From the NCBI RefSeq assembly GCF_000143415.4, contig NW_003314377.1, positions 441,375 through 472,482 of the forward strand: a DNA stretch of 31,108 bases, written 5' to 3'. A program made the position numbers and the translations under genes. Below, piece by piece: positions 10,181-20,519 of the stretch (positions are counted from its first letter, which is position 1; each line of letters begins with the position of its first letter). The notes beneath the pieces were generated by a model. It had not been told where the DNA came from and did not search any database. It worked only from the letters and a program-made list of their open reading frames with translations. Source of the DNA: Selaginella moellendorffii (taxonomy: Eukaryota > Plantae > Lycopodiophyta).

Positions 10181-12960
10181 GGGAAACGAAAAGTTGCTAT
10201 TTACACTTGCGTCGTGCAGCATAACCAGTTTTCATTCTTTATGGCAACGGCCGTACACATGCATGTGCACGGGATGAGGCGGACCTGGTTGTGTGTGTGG
10301 GTGATTTCGAGCTTGAGTTGCAATCCTTGCGGGTGGTGCTGAGTCAAGCTTTTGACCTCATCCTTGGTATGAATTGGTTGCAGCGCAATCATGCCAAATG
10401 TGACTTTGAGGCTTCTCCCCCTTGTTTCATACTTCATTATGTTTCATCCATTCCTCTCACTTTTGTACCTCTTCGTCCCTCTATTTCTACTTCTGCTTCC
10501 ATTACTTTTGTTCCCCTATTATTTCCTCCTATGTTTCCGTCTTGTTCTCTTCCCTTTTCCAGTCCCTTCAACAATCTTTGTGTTGTAGAGGTTGGCCGGC
10601 TTATGAAGGAGTATTCTAATCTCTTTGACTTTGACATATCGTCTGGGGCCAAGATTGCCACACGTCATCCGATTCCAAATGGGGATGCTCATTTAATCAA
10701 GGTTCCTGTTCGTTGTCGGTCACCCAAAGAGATCAAGATTTTATGCGCAAATGTTAAAGAAATGTTAGAGAAGGGTGTTATTCGGAAGTCGCAATGTCCT
10801 TGGGTATGTGAACCTTATCTTGTGATGAAGCCTGATGGGAGTATTTGTTTATGCATCAACTATCATCCGTTAAACGAAGTGACGATCCCAGATGTGTACC
10901 CTCTTCTTTACACTACTGATCTCTTGGATTGTTTAAGGCGAAGTCATTGGTTCACCAAGCTAGATCTTGCTTTTGGGTATTGGCAAGTACCAATGGCCGA
11001 AGAAGATATTCCTTAGACTGCTTTTTGTATACCATTTGGATTGTATGAGTTCTTGGTGATGCCATTTGGTTTGAACAATGCTCCAACAACTTTCCAACGG
11101 ATGATGGACGAGGTCCATTGCGATATGCTAGAGGTGACTGCTGACTTCATTGATGATGTCTTGATCCACTCGGAGGGGACATGGGAGGAGCATGTTTGTG
11201 ATGTTCATAAAGTGTTGGATTGGTTATGGGACGTTGGTTTAAAGTTGAAGTGGTCAAAGTGCGTGTTTGGTTCCAAGGACACAATTTATCTTGGGTACTA
11301 TATTTCTCATGAGGGTTTGCAAATTGATCTTGACAAACTTGTGGCTATTCCAAAGTTCCCTACTCTGAAGTGTGTAAATGATGTGTAGTGCTTTTTGGGC
11401 AAGGTGCAGTATCTCGGTCGCTTTGTGGATCATCTTTTTGATCGCACTGCACCATTGCAAGCGTTGCTGGAGTCATCAACATCATCTTTCATCTGGTCTC
11501 CGGATTGTCAGCAGGCATTCATGAATCTCAAAGAGCTATTGACGACTCATCCAGTTTTGGCATATCCTGACTATACTCGACCTTTTATTTTGCGCGTGGA
11601 TGCTTCTGACATTGGTGTTGAAGGAGTGTTGATGCAAGAAAGCTTGAGTGTGCCTTGTCAGTGCCATCCCATTGTGTATATAAGCCATACATTACAACCA
11701 GCGGAGATGAACTACTCCACGATAGAGAAGGAGTGTTTAGCAACACTCTGGGGTTTTGAGAAACTTCAGGCATATCTACATGGTTCTCGGACGTTATTTG
11801 AAGATGACCATACTGCCGTCACTTCATTAGTGAAACGGAAGAACTTCGTTAGTTGTACTGCTAGGTGGGTATATGGGACATCATCGTGTAACTGAGAAGC
11901 TGGGCAGGTTTTCTATTGGCCGAAGATGCGGCGTGATGTTATCCGGTATGCATAGTTGCATTTGGTGCCAAACTCGTAATATTCCCCCTCATGTCGTGGA
12001 AGGACGGTTGGAGTCAATTACAATTTCTCATCCATTTGAGTTAGTGGAATTTGATCTTATGGGACCTTTTCCACGGTCGATTGCTGGCAATGAGTATGTT
12101 ATTATTGTTTTTGACTATTCGACTCGTTGGGTGGAAGTTGGTGCTCTTGCTAGCACCTTTGCAACTGTTGTTGGATACTTCCTCCTCAATCAAGTGGTGT
12201 TCCAGCATTCTTGTCTAGAGCAGATTCTTTCGGATAATGGTTGCACATCTATAGCTGAGGCATTTCATGTTCTGACGTCTCAGTTGGGAATATGTCACAC
12301 TTTCACAAGTGCTTATCATCCATAATCAGACAGTTTAGAGGAACGGCTTGTTCGGACATTCAAAAGGATGATTGCAAAGTATATGAACTTTTAGCATTCG
12401 GATTAGGATGGTTATTTGCCGTCTCTTCGGTATACATATGTCACAAGGGTGCAGAGTTCTATTGGTGCTTCACCATATAAACTCTTATATGGTCATGATC
12501 TAATATTACCAATGGAGCTGGGTTTACTGTTGCAATTGCCACGAGCTACCAATGCTAGGTCGTGAGATCAGTATTTGATAAGTATTCTTCCACTTGTCTG
12601 AGTAGAGTTTGCCAAACACTTAGGCTGCATATAAGTGGGACAATAACATCGCTACAACTCCCATCATCGTCCACTTGTGGAGTACAAAGTGGATGATTTG
12701 GTGTTAATTTGTTTTCCCCATCTTACGGTACGTGGTTTATCTAAGGGGCTCCTTGCGCAGTGGAAAGGACCGTATCGGGTGTTGCGGCAAGTTGAACCAC
12801 AAGTTTATGAGGTTCGGCATGACGTCTAGCAGGTTGATCCTCCAGAGATTATACATGTGCAGCGGTTGAAATGCTTTATACAAAGAGATCAGGAGCAGTT
12901 AATACCATTTATAGATCTAACAATGCCTCCTCCTGATGTTCCTCTAGATCCTAGCCTGTC
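10181..12960 (+). pseudogene. pol: pol (partial protease, RT, RNase H, integrase) with stops, frameshifts and deletions
   Basis: DLILGMNWL; KLDLAFGYWQV; MPFGLNNAPTTFQR; FIDD; VDASDIG; NYSTIEKECLA; DLMGPFP; SDNG; WKGPYRV. Confidence 0.95.
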
Positions 12961-13214
12961 TATAAGAGAACCCTGATGGTCTTCCATTATTCTAAGAGGA
13001 GGGGATGATGTGAGGGCCAAGTGTACAGCTATGAGGCCATATACTAATATTAGCGTAGTGGGATTTTGGTAGCCGTCAGATTGGTTTCAATCCGGACCAC
13101 TCGCTCCTGTATGTAAGTTAGGGATTTTGGGTTAATTGATATGCATATTTTCTGTATTCTCTTTCCATATTCCATGCACTCACAATTTAGCAACTTTATT
13201 ATTATTAAAATGTT

Positions 13215-13935
13215 TATAAATGATAAGTGATAAATGCGGAAGGCAAATCAAATCCACGGTTTGCATCTGGAGGATGATCATCAATGTGAAGAAATCCCTA
13301 CATGAATGGAACATGAATAGAAACTTGCAGAGGAATCTCCACAGCAGCAGGATCTTTGCGATCTTCTGCCGGTGTGAATCTCATCAGTCTAACCACGACC
13401 AAAACTCCACATTTCAGCAATCCAACAAAGCCTTTAGCGTGTGGCCATACAAATGAACAAACCATGGTATTATCTGGAGGATCATAATGTCAACGTAGTC
13501 GACTGCCTCGATACCTGAAGAGTAACAGTTCCAAGAAGAACCATCGTTTTCTCGAAACGAAATGATGATGGATCCCCTTGCATTCCCGCTGCCAGCCAAA
13601 TACCGGCTTGTGTAGAACCGAGACCAATCCACCTGGGCTCTCCAAGTGACTACAAGATCAAGCTCGCTGTTCATGCCAGCTTCATACTCAAGTAAAAGAG
13701 AGCCTGAAGAGGAGGCAAGCACCTGACTTGGAGCAGAGTTGACTATTGTCCACAAAGTTGATGCCTATTTCTTCACTGAGATCTCTAGCCAAGTGCTTTG
13801 CCAAGCTCTCCTCCAGCTCTAGATAGACACTACTTGTAGTTGCAAGCGGGCACTTGCCTTCCATCTTTGAGCCAGAGTGTCCAGCCTTGTAGCTTGGATG
13901 ACAGATCTTCCGAAACTGCTGGCTTTTGCAAAACA
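13215..13935 (-). pseudogene. PIG-T: PIG-T/GPI16 pseudogene fragment, copy 3
   Basis: GKCPLATTSSVYLEL; YLAGSGNARGSI; ILQIIPWFVHLYGHTL; GFLHIDDHPPDANRGFDLPSAFI, the last preceded by an AG acceptor. Confidence 0.9.
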
Positions 13936-13984
13936 ACTGTCAAGATTAACATCCAATTTTGAATATTAAGGCTATTGGGATGAA

Positions 13985-16360
13985 AAAAAATTTAATCAAC
14001 TTATACAAAAATAACAAGATCGTTAGTATTACTACATTTTTATAGTATCCATTGCAATGACAAAAATCCATAGTTCATACCTATCACTATATATCATTAG
14101 TATTAGCTATGATTTGTATTTGATTCATTTATTTTTTAAAATTACACCTTATAAATCTTTATCATTTATATGTATTTTCTTAACAATGTAGGTATCATGT
14201 ATAGTGAAATCATTGTAGAGAAATAGTTTATGTTTTTCTTAGAAAAACTTGCAAGGTGGTGAGTGACTTTACCTAATGTAATCTATAAATCATGTAATTT
14301 TATTTTGAAATCACAACTTTGGGAATATTGTCTCATATGCAAGTTTGTCTTCAAATCAAAGTAACTAATGCAGTAGCAAAACATTAGCACATTAGATGAG
14401 TTGCAATGATTGGCTACTATAGTTTTCACTTCTAGTTCTACCCTTACCTAATCACTAAAGGATTAGAATTTCTTTACCACAAATTAGGCCATCATGAAAA
14501 GCACTCTAAAGAAAGTGTTATACATTGTCATATTCCTTTAGCTGGTTTTTGTAATACAAACATAGAAATGTACAACAAATTTAATAAAGATTTTATATGT
14601 GCTACAATGACACAAGATATGAATCTTCCCTTTTCCTTTGAGACCATTGATAAGTTTCATATGCTACTAAGTTATTTCTCATAAAAGCAAGAACAACAAT
14701 ATGGTTAAGGTTTTCAAAGTTTCTTCTTCTGTTAGTTATTTTGAATTTAGTGCTGAGAATTCCATAGAATATATATATGGATGTACTAGTTATTAATTTA
14801 CAAGGATTAAGTTCAAAGCAAAGGGAGTCTTTGGCTACAAAATACACTAGCAATGCAAAGGTGTGCAATCTTAAAGTAGTGGCACAAATTCCACATTTGC
14901 AATTATAAGGATGAACACAATCCTAATGAAACACTTGCAAGGTGTGGAGATTCTAGAACTCTATTGTCTCCATTAAAAATTTAAATTTTTTGTACCAACT
15001 AACAAAGAATAATATATACTAAGCAAATGTATCTACCACCTTGTTAATAAAGATAAAATAGAACTAGGCTATGTGAGTTTTCTAGGAAAAGTGATTCCAT
15101 ATCAAGGATTGTGCCAAATTCCTAAAATTTGCTGCCTTTGTTTTTAAAGTGCTAATCCTTTGTTCTAACTTTTTAAATTAATTATAATGAACAAAACATT
15201 TATTACATGGATTGCCCATGGAAATGCATAATTTTATATTGGGAGTAGAGTTATATTTCACCAATGAGCATGATGAGATCCAAATTGCAATATCCCTTGT
15301 GTATTGAAAATTACAAATGAAAAGTTTAACTTACCTCGATTGCAATTTAGTGGGTGCTAGTTGAAATTAGCAAGGATCTGAGCTCTACTAAGAAAAGCAG
15401 AATTGCAAAGTTTTAGATGATATTTATTTAGGTTATATGATATTAATACTATTGAAAGTTAAATAGTAAATGGAAACTGTAAGTAAGTTTTTATGAAAAT
15501 GGAGCAATGCATAATTGAATTGTATCATAGAAAGTATCTGTAAGAGAAATAAATTCACCAATTATGAATATGGAATCTGTTGGTAAAGAAAGAAATTTTA
15601 ATCAACTTATGGAACAATAAAAAGATCCTGTTATTATTACTACATGTTTTATACTATTCATTGCAATGACAAAAATCCATAGTTTATAATTATTAGCTAT
15701 GATTAGTGTTTGATTAAAAAATTTGAAAAATCACATCTTATAAATCTTTATCATTTCTACATATTTTTTTTAACAATGTAGATATCTAATATAGTGAAAT
15801 TATCCTAGAGAAATAATTTATGTTTTTCTTAGAAAAATTTGCAAGCTGGTGAGTGACTTTACCTATGTAATTTATATATCATGTCATATTTTTTTGAAAG
15901 CCAATTTGTCTGAAATATTGTCTCATATGTGATAAAGTTGTCTTTAAATCAAAGTAAACTAATGCACTAGCAAAACATTTGGATGAGTTTCAATCATTGG
16001 ATAATGTAGTCTTCACTTCCAGTTCTACTGTTATCTAATCACCAAATTAGAATTTATTGATCACAAATCAGGCCATCACTACTAAAAACACTTTAAAGAA
16101 AGCATTATAAATTATCATCTTCTTTTTGCAATACAAACATAGGAATATAAAATAAATGCAATAAAGATTTTATATGTGCTACAAGGATATAAGATATAGT
16201 TGTTCTCTTTTCTTTTGACAGTATTTATAAATGTGCTACTAAATTGTTTCTAAAATAGGTAAGAACAACTACATGCTTAAAGTTTTCAAAGTTTCTCTTG
16301 CTATTAGCTATCTTATTTTAGTGTTGAGAAGTCCATAAAATATATCTATATATACTAGTT
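13985..16360 (+). repeat. Diverged AT-rich direct duplication, ~13985-14790 versus ~15592-16360
   Basis: Shared colinear blocks TTTAATCAACTTAT, CATTGCAATGACAAAAATCCATAGTT, TGGTGAGTGACTTTACCTA, AATAAAGATTTTATATGTGCTACAA. Confidence 0.85.
14602..14868 (-). mobile_element. Possible decayed hAT transposase C-terminal dimerisation domain
   Basis: LLVYFVAKDSL...TSTS...ITNRRRNF...VLAFMRNN loosely follows the hATC pattern; very degenerate. Confidence 0.3.
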
Positions 16361-16728
16361 ATGGGGATGGTCCAAAGTTGAGTTGAGCTCAATTCAACAC
16401 AAGTCAACTCAAGTCAACATAATTAATTAGAAGTCTTACAAAGGAAATATAAATTGAACAAATGAAGGTTCTAACAAACTTTAAAATATTTAAATACGTA
16501 AATATTTGAGTTAAAAGTTTCTATAAGTTTGAATTGTTTAAAAAAAACAAAGTTCACAAGAATCTATCTTTTATAAAGCTATATTAATTTATTATGACTA
16601 TTGTTACAGTTGTTATATTTTGATTTGACTACTTAATATTTTGAATATTTTTATAGTTGTAGATGTCAGGAATCCCCCAATTCTTGCCACATTCCTGATT
16701 CTCGCCGGATTCCTGACCTGCAGACCAC

Positions 16729-16884
16729 ATTCCTGACTCTCGAGACACTTCCCTATTCCTGACTCTCGAGACACTTCCCTATTCCTGACTCTCGAGACAC
16801 TTCCCTATTCCTGACTCTCGAGACACTTCCCTATTCCTGACTCTCGAGACACTTCCCTATTCCTGACTCTCGAGACACTTCTCG
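16729..16884 (+). repeat. 26-bp tandem repeat in LTR U3: 6 units in the 5' LTR, 3 in the 3' LTR
   Basis: Unit ATTCCTGACTCTCGAGACACTTCCCT; LTR length difference 465-387 = 78 = 3 x 26. Confidence 0.95.
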
Positions 16885-17130
16885 ATTCCTGAGTCTCAGG
16901 CCACATTCCTAATGATGATGTGGCACCTCCTCGACCTCAGCTATATTTAGGCTGTCCTCGATCCAAGAGTGGTGGAGCTTCATCAACCTATAGTATATAT
17001 AGGTTAGCCTTGTTCCATTTCTCCACAATCTGAATCAACACCAGTCTAAGGCCTCTTCTTTGTTTCCACTAGCTTTTCTCTTTGTCTTTTTGCATTTTCC
17101 AGTCTTGATCTTGTCAGGGGTCTTGACAGT

Positions 17131-17146
17131 TTGATTCAGATTGTGG
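17131..17146 (+). promoter_or_regulatory. Self-complementary primer binding site pairing with LTR 17023-17038
   Basis: TTGATTCAGATTGTGG is the exact reverse complement of CCACAATCTGAATCAA, ~30 nt downstream of TATATATA at 16994. No TGG tRNA-type PBS. Confidence 0.85.
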
Positions 17147-17227
17147 TTTTTCGTTTTTTGATTTAGCTCGTTTTGATTGTTTGATTACCTTTGCCTTTTT
17201 TTCCCCCTTTTTTCTTTCTTCTTGCCA

Positions 17228-18199
17228 ATGGAGTCTCCAAGCCATCCTGATTTCTTTGCTGAAGTCCTTGCAAAAATCCAGTCTGAGAATACCGAGCTGA
17301 AGGCGACCCTTCTTCGCATGCAGCAGGAGCTTGCTTCACTTTCGGCTCAAGGATCCAGCAAAGTTCTTGAACCGAAGGTGAGCTTCCCGGCGAAATTTTC
17401 AGGCAAGCGTTCGGAGCTTCGCGGATTCCTGAACCAGATGGAGTTGATCTTCGCACTTCAACATCGGCGGTACCCTACTCCCGAGTCTCAAATCGGCGCG
17501 ATTGGGACGTTGCTCGAAGGTGCAGCTTTGTCATGGTTTTCTCCTCTTCTGGAGAAGAGCATGAAAGGGGTCGTGGTTCCAGAGCTGATGGATCTTCAAT
17601 TGTTCAAAGAGAAGCTCGAAGCATGTTTTGGCGAGACGGATCGGGTTCGGGCTGCTACCACAAAGATGAGACGTCTCTCTTAGGGGTCTCGTCCTGCTTC
17701 AATCTACGCTGCAGAGTTCCAACTCCTTGCTTTGGACACTCAGTGGGATGAGCGGGCCCTGATTGACCAATTTCGTTTCGGCCTCAACAACGGTGTCAAG
17801 GATTTGTTGCTCACCATGGAGGATCCCAAGGACCTGTCGGATGCCATCAACAAAGCTGTTAGATGTGACAATCGTCTCTTTGAACGTCGTTAGGAAAGTC
17901 GCCGCGCCGCTGTTTTTCTGTCCCAGACTCAGGAATCCCAGCTTGAGTCTTCGGGGCATACTCCTGAACCTACTGCTCCGGTTCCGATGTATATTTCTGG
18001 TACTCCCCGACTCATTAGAGGGAAGTTGAGTCTTGCTGAGAAGCAACGTCGAATATCTCATAATCTTTGCCTCTATTGTGCTGATCCTAATCACAAAGCA
18101 GCTGTATGTCCCAAGAAGCCTCCTCGACTGCTCGAGTTCACTCTGCCTCAAAGTCCTCCTCTATTGCAGTCGGGAAACGACCCTGTCCAAACAGAGTAG
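17228..18199 (+). pseudogene. gag: Chromovirus gag with two in-frame TAG stops (17681, 17891)
   Basis: PAKFSGKRSELRGFL, LLEGAALSWF, QFRFGL, zinc knuckle CLYCADPNHKAAVC. Confidence 0.9.
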
Positions 18200-18216
18200 G
18201 AGCTGTCTGTTTGGAC
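18172..18216 (+). promoter_or_regulatory. Programmed -1 ribosomal frameshift signal
   Basis: G GGA AAC in gag frame, 6-nt spacer, then an 11-bp stem GTCCAAACAGA/TCTGTTTGGAC; the protease ORF is in the -1 frame. Confidence 0.8.
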
Positions 18217-18972
18217 TCCCCGAATAAAAATCACTTTTCTTCTTTATCAAGCTCCTCACCACCTTTCATCAAAGCCACCACCAATTCCCACAACTTCCGC
18301 GTCCCATGTCTCCTTTCTTTCACCGGACAATCAGGACTCAAGGCTCTGGCGTTACTGGACTCGGGTGCAACTTCCTGCTTCATGGACACGGACTTTGCTG
18401 CCCGACATCACGTTCCTCTTTCTCCTACCATACGGGATTTGAGGGTTGAAGGCATCGGCGGGCATTTTGTGTCTCCATCTTCTGGACTTAGGGAAACGTT
18501 GCCCGTTCGAGTACACATCGGGTCCACCGTCACCGATATCGCCTTCAACATCATCAACAGCAAGTCCTCCTCTGTGGTGCTCGGTCTTCCGTGGTTCCAA
18601 CTACATCAGCCTCAGATCTATTGGAAGGAATTACAGCTCATCTCTCCCACGGCTTCCCCTACTGTTCATCGAATCCGAATCAGGAAAAGTTCCCTAAACT
18701 CAAATTGGGGTTCTGTTCCTGACTCTATAAAGTTTTCACCCTCTTCTTTTTCCTCTCTTCCATCTTACACTGGACCGTATTCTTGTCTCATCATTCCATT
18801 TAGTCGTACACCTCCTCCTATCTCCACAATCACTATGAAAGAACTCCTTCATGAAGAACCTCTTTTTCTTTTTGCTTTGCATGTTTCTCCTGTCAGTCTT
18901 CCTGAGAAGTATCATGATTTTGGGGATGTGTTTGACAAGAAAAAAGCTAGTCCCCTCAGGACTCCTCCTTGA
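18172..18972 (+). CDS. Retrotransposon aspartic protease region, truncated before RT
   Basis: ALALLDSGATSCF, VVLGLPWF, then PEKYHDFGDVFDKKKA, the usual pre-RT linker. Confidence 0.85.
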   Translation, partial: GKRPCPNRVGAVCLDSPNKNHFSSLSSSSPPFIKATTNSHNFRVPCLLSFTGQSGLKALALLDSGATSCFMDTDFAARHHVPLSPTIRDLRVEGIGGHFVSPSSGLRETLPVRVHIGSTVTDIAFNIINSKSSSVVLGLPWFQLHQPQIYWKELQLISPTASPTVHRIRIRKSSLNSNWGSVPDSIKFSPSSFSSLPSYTGPYSCLIIPFSRTPPPISTITMKELLHEEPLFLFALHVSPVSLPEKYHDFGDVFDKKKASPLRTPP

Positions 18973-20519
18973 TGGATGCAATCAGAAACGATCTTCAATC
19001 CGATGATCTCGCTAGCGACATCTTCCCCCATCTTCAGGCTGGACACCCAATGACTCCCGACTGCCGGCGATTTGACGAGTTCGAGTTCTTAGATGGCTTA
19101 TTGTACCGTGGGGAGCAGCTTTACGTTCCTGAAGGTGATGCTCGAAGGTTGGTCCTGATGGCGTGCCACGATAGCCCGACTGCTGGTCACTTCGGCATTG
19201 CAAAAACCTATGAGCTAGTTGCACGGGACTTTTGGTGGCCTCACATGGACGACTACATCAAAGCTTTTGTTACCTCCTGTGATACTTGTGCCCGGAATAA
19301 GGTACCTCGCCACCTTCCTTCAGGTTTGCTTCGTTCCCTTCCGGTCCCTTCAGGTCCTTGGGAATCCATCTCCATGGATTTCTTGAGTGATCTTCCGAGT
19401 TCTGGAGGCTTCAACAGCATTTTAGTCGTGGTGGATCGCTTCACAAAGATGGCGCACTTCTTGCCATGTACCAAGGAATTTTCGGGCGAGGACATGGCAA
19501 AACTGGTATTTAGGGAAATTTTCCGACTTCATGGGATTCCTACAGATGTGGTTTCGGATCAGGGGCCTCAGTTCATCTCTCATTTCTGGCAACGGTTTTT
19601 GCAGCTGCTTGGAGTGAAGGCCAACCTCTCTTTGGCATATCATCCTCAAATTGATGGGCAGTTCGAGCGAACGATTCAAACGTTGGAACAATTTTTGAGG
19701 TGCTTCATCAACTATCATCAGGATAACTGGTTCGATATCCTTCCCCTTGCTGAGTTCTCCTATAACAACTCTGTTCACTCCTCTCTTCGAGTTTCCCCCT
19801 TCTTTGCGAACTCTGGCCGAAATCCCCGATTCAATCTCTCACTTCCTTCTCCATTTGAATCCTCTCGTTCAAATCCCTGCTCTGAGGCATTTATCTCCAA
19901 CCTCCAGGAAATCCACAACTCCATCTCCTTCCACCTCCATTGTGCTCAGGAATCTCATAAAACATTTGCCAACGTCCATCGTCAGGATTGTCCCCCTTAC
20001 AATATCGGGGATAAAGTCTGGCTCCTTAGGCGAAATATCTCCACCACCAGGCCCTGTCCAAAACTCGATTTCAAACGCCTTGGTCCTTTCCCTATCACTG
20101 CCATCATTAATCCTGTGACTTATCGCCTTGCACTTCCCTCCTCATATCAAATTCACCCCGTTTTTCACTCCTCTCTCCTTGAGCCTTATATTCCCAGTCC
20201 TATTCCAAATCGGGTCATTCCTCCGCCTCCACCAGTGCAGCTCGAGGATGGGTCTGAGTACAAGGTTCAGGACATCCTTGATTCCAAGATTTCACGGTCT
20301 AAACTCTACTATCTGGTGGACTGGAAGGGTTACGGACCTGAGGAACGCACTTGGGAACCTGCGAACAACCTGATTCATTCTCCTGACCTTGTTCAGGACT
20401 TCCACCGCTGCTATCCTTCTCGTCCCAGTCCTCATTCTTTTTCTCCATCTCCCATCCCTCGCCGCTCATCTCATCCTCCTCTTCATTCTCGTTCACATTC
20501 TCGTTCCACTCGTTCTTGA
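18969..20519 (+). CDS. Integrase with HHCC, DDE, GPF and C-terminal chromodomain (open 516 codons)
   Basis: HDSPTAGH..CDTC; ISMDF, SDQG, FER; LGPF; YKVQDILD..YYLVDWKGYGPEERTWEP. Confidence 0.95.
   Translation: MMDAIRNDLQSDDLASDIFPHLQAGHPMTPDCRRFDEFEFLDGLLYRGEQLYVPEGDARRLVLMACHDSPTAGHFGIAKTYELVARDFWWPHMDDYIKAFVTSCDTCARNKVPRHLPSGLLRSLPVPSGPWESISMDFLSDLPSSGGFNSILVVVDRFTKMAHFLPCTKEFSGEDMAKLVFREIFRLHGIPTDVVSDQGPQFISHFWQRFLQLLGVKANLSLAYHPQIDGQFERTIQTLEQFLRCFINYHQDNWFDILPLAEFSYNNSVHSSLRVSPFFANSGRNPRFNLSLPSPFESSRSNPCSEAFISNLQEIHNSISFHLHCAQESHKTFANVHRQDCPPYNIGDKVWLLRRNISTTRPCPKLDFKRLGPFPITAIINPVTYRLALPSSYQIHPVFHSSLLEPYIPSPIPNRVIPPPPPVQLEDGSEYKVQDILDSKISRSKLYYLVDWKGYGPEERTWEPANNLIHSPDLVQDFHRCYPSRPSPHSFSPSPIPRRSSHPPLHSRSHSRSTRS

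Larger units (their letters stand above)
8295..10190 (+). pseudogene. gag: gag of the gypsy element, interrupted by the Cassandra TRIM
   Basis: FRGNPGDDVYYWF...LQGTALQWY|NGLSA...QGPSESVMQF; zinc knuckle CWACDEVEHTYWHC near 10033-10074; in-frame stops. Confidence 0.85.
7922..13184 (+). mobile_element. Decayed Ty3/gypsy LTR retrotransposon without chromodomain; LTRs 7922-8096 and 13009-13184
   Basis: TG...CA LTRs of ~175 bp, roughly 12% diverged; PBS TGGTGGAGGTG; PPT AAGAGGAGGGGA; order gag-PR-RT-RH-INT. TSD degraded. Confidence 0.95.

Noticed and set aside
16729-16884. CRISPR-like array
   Set aside because: Head-to-tail repeats with no spacers, inside a eukaryotic LTR.
17228-18972. Domesticated PEG10/RTL-like gene
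   Set aside because: Flanked by paired LTRs and a TSD, and gag has in-frame stops.
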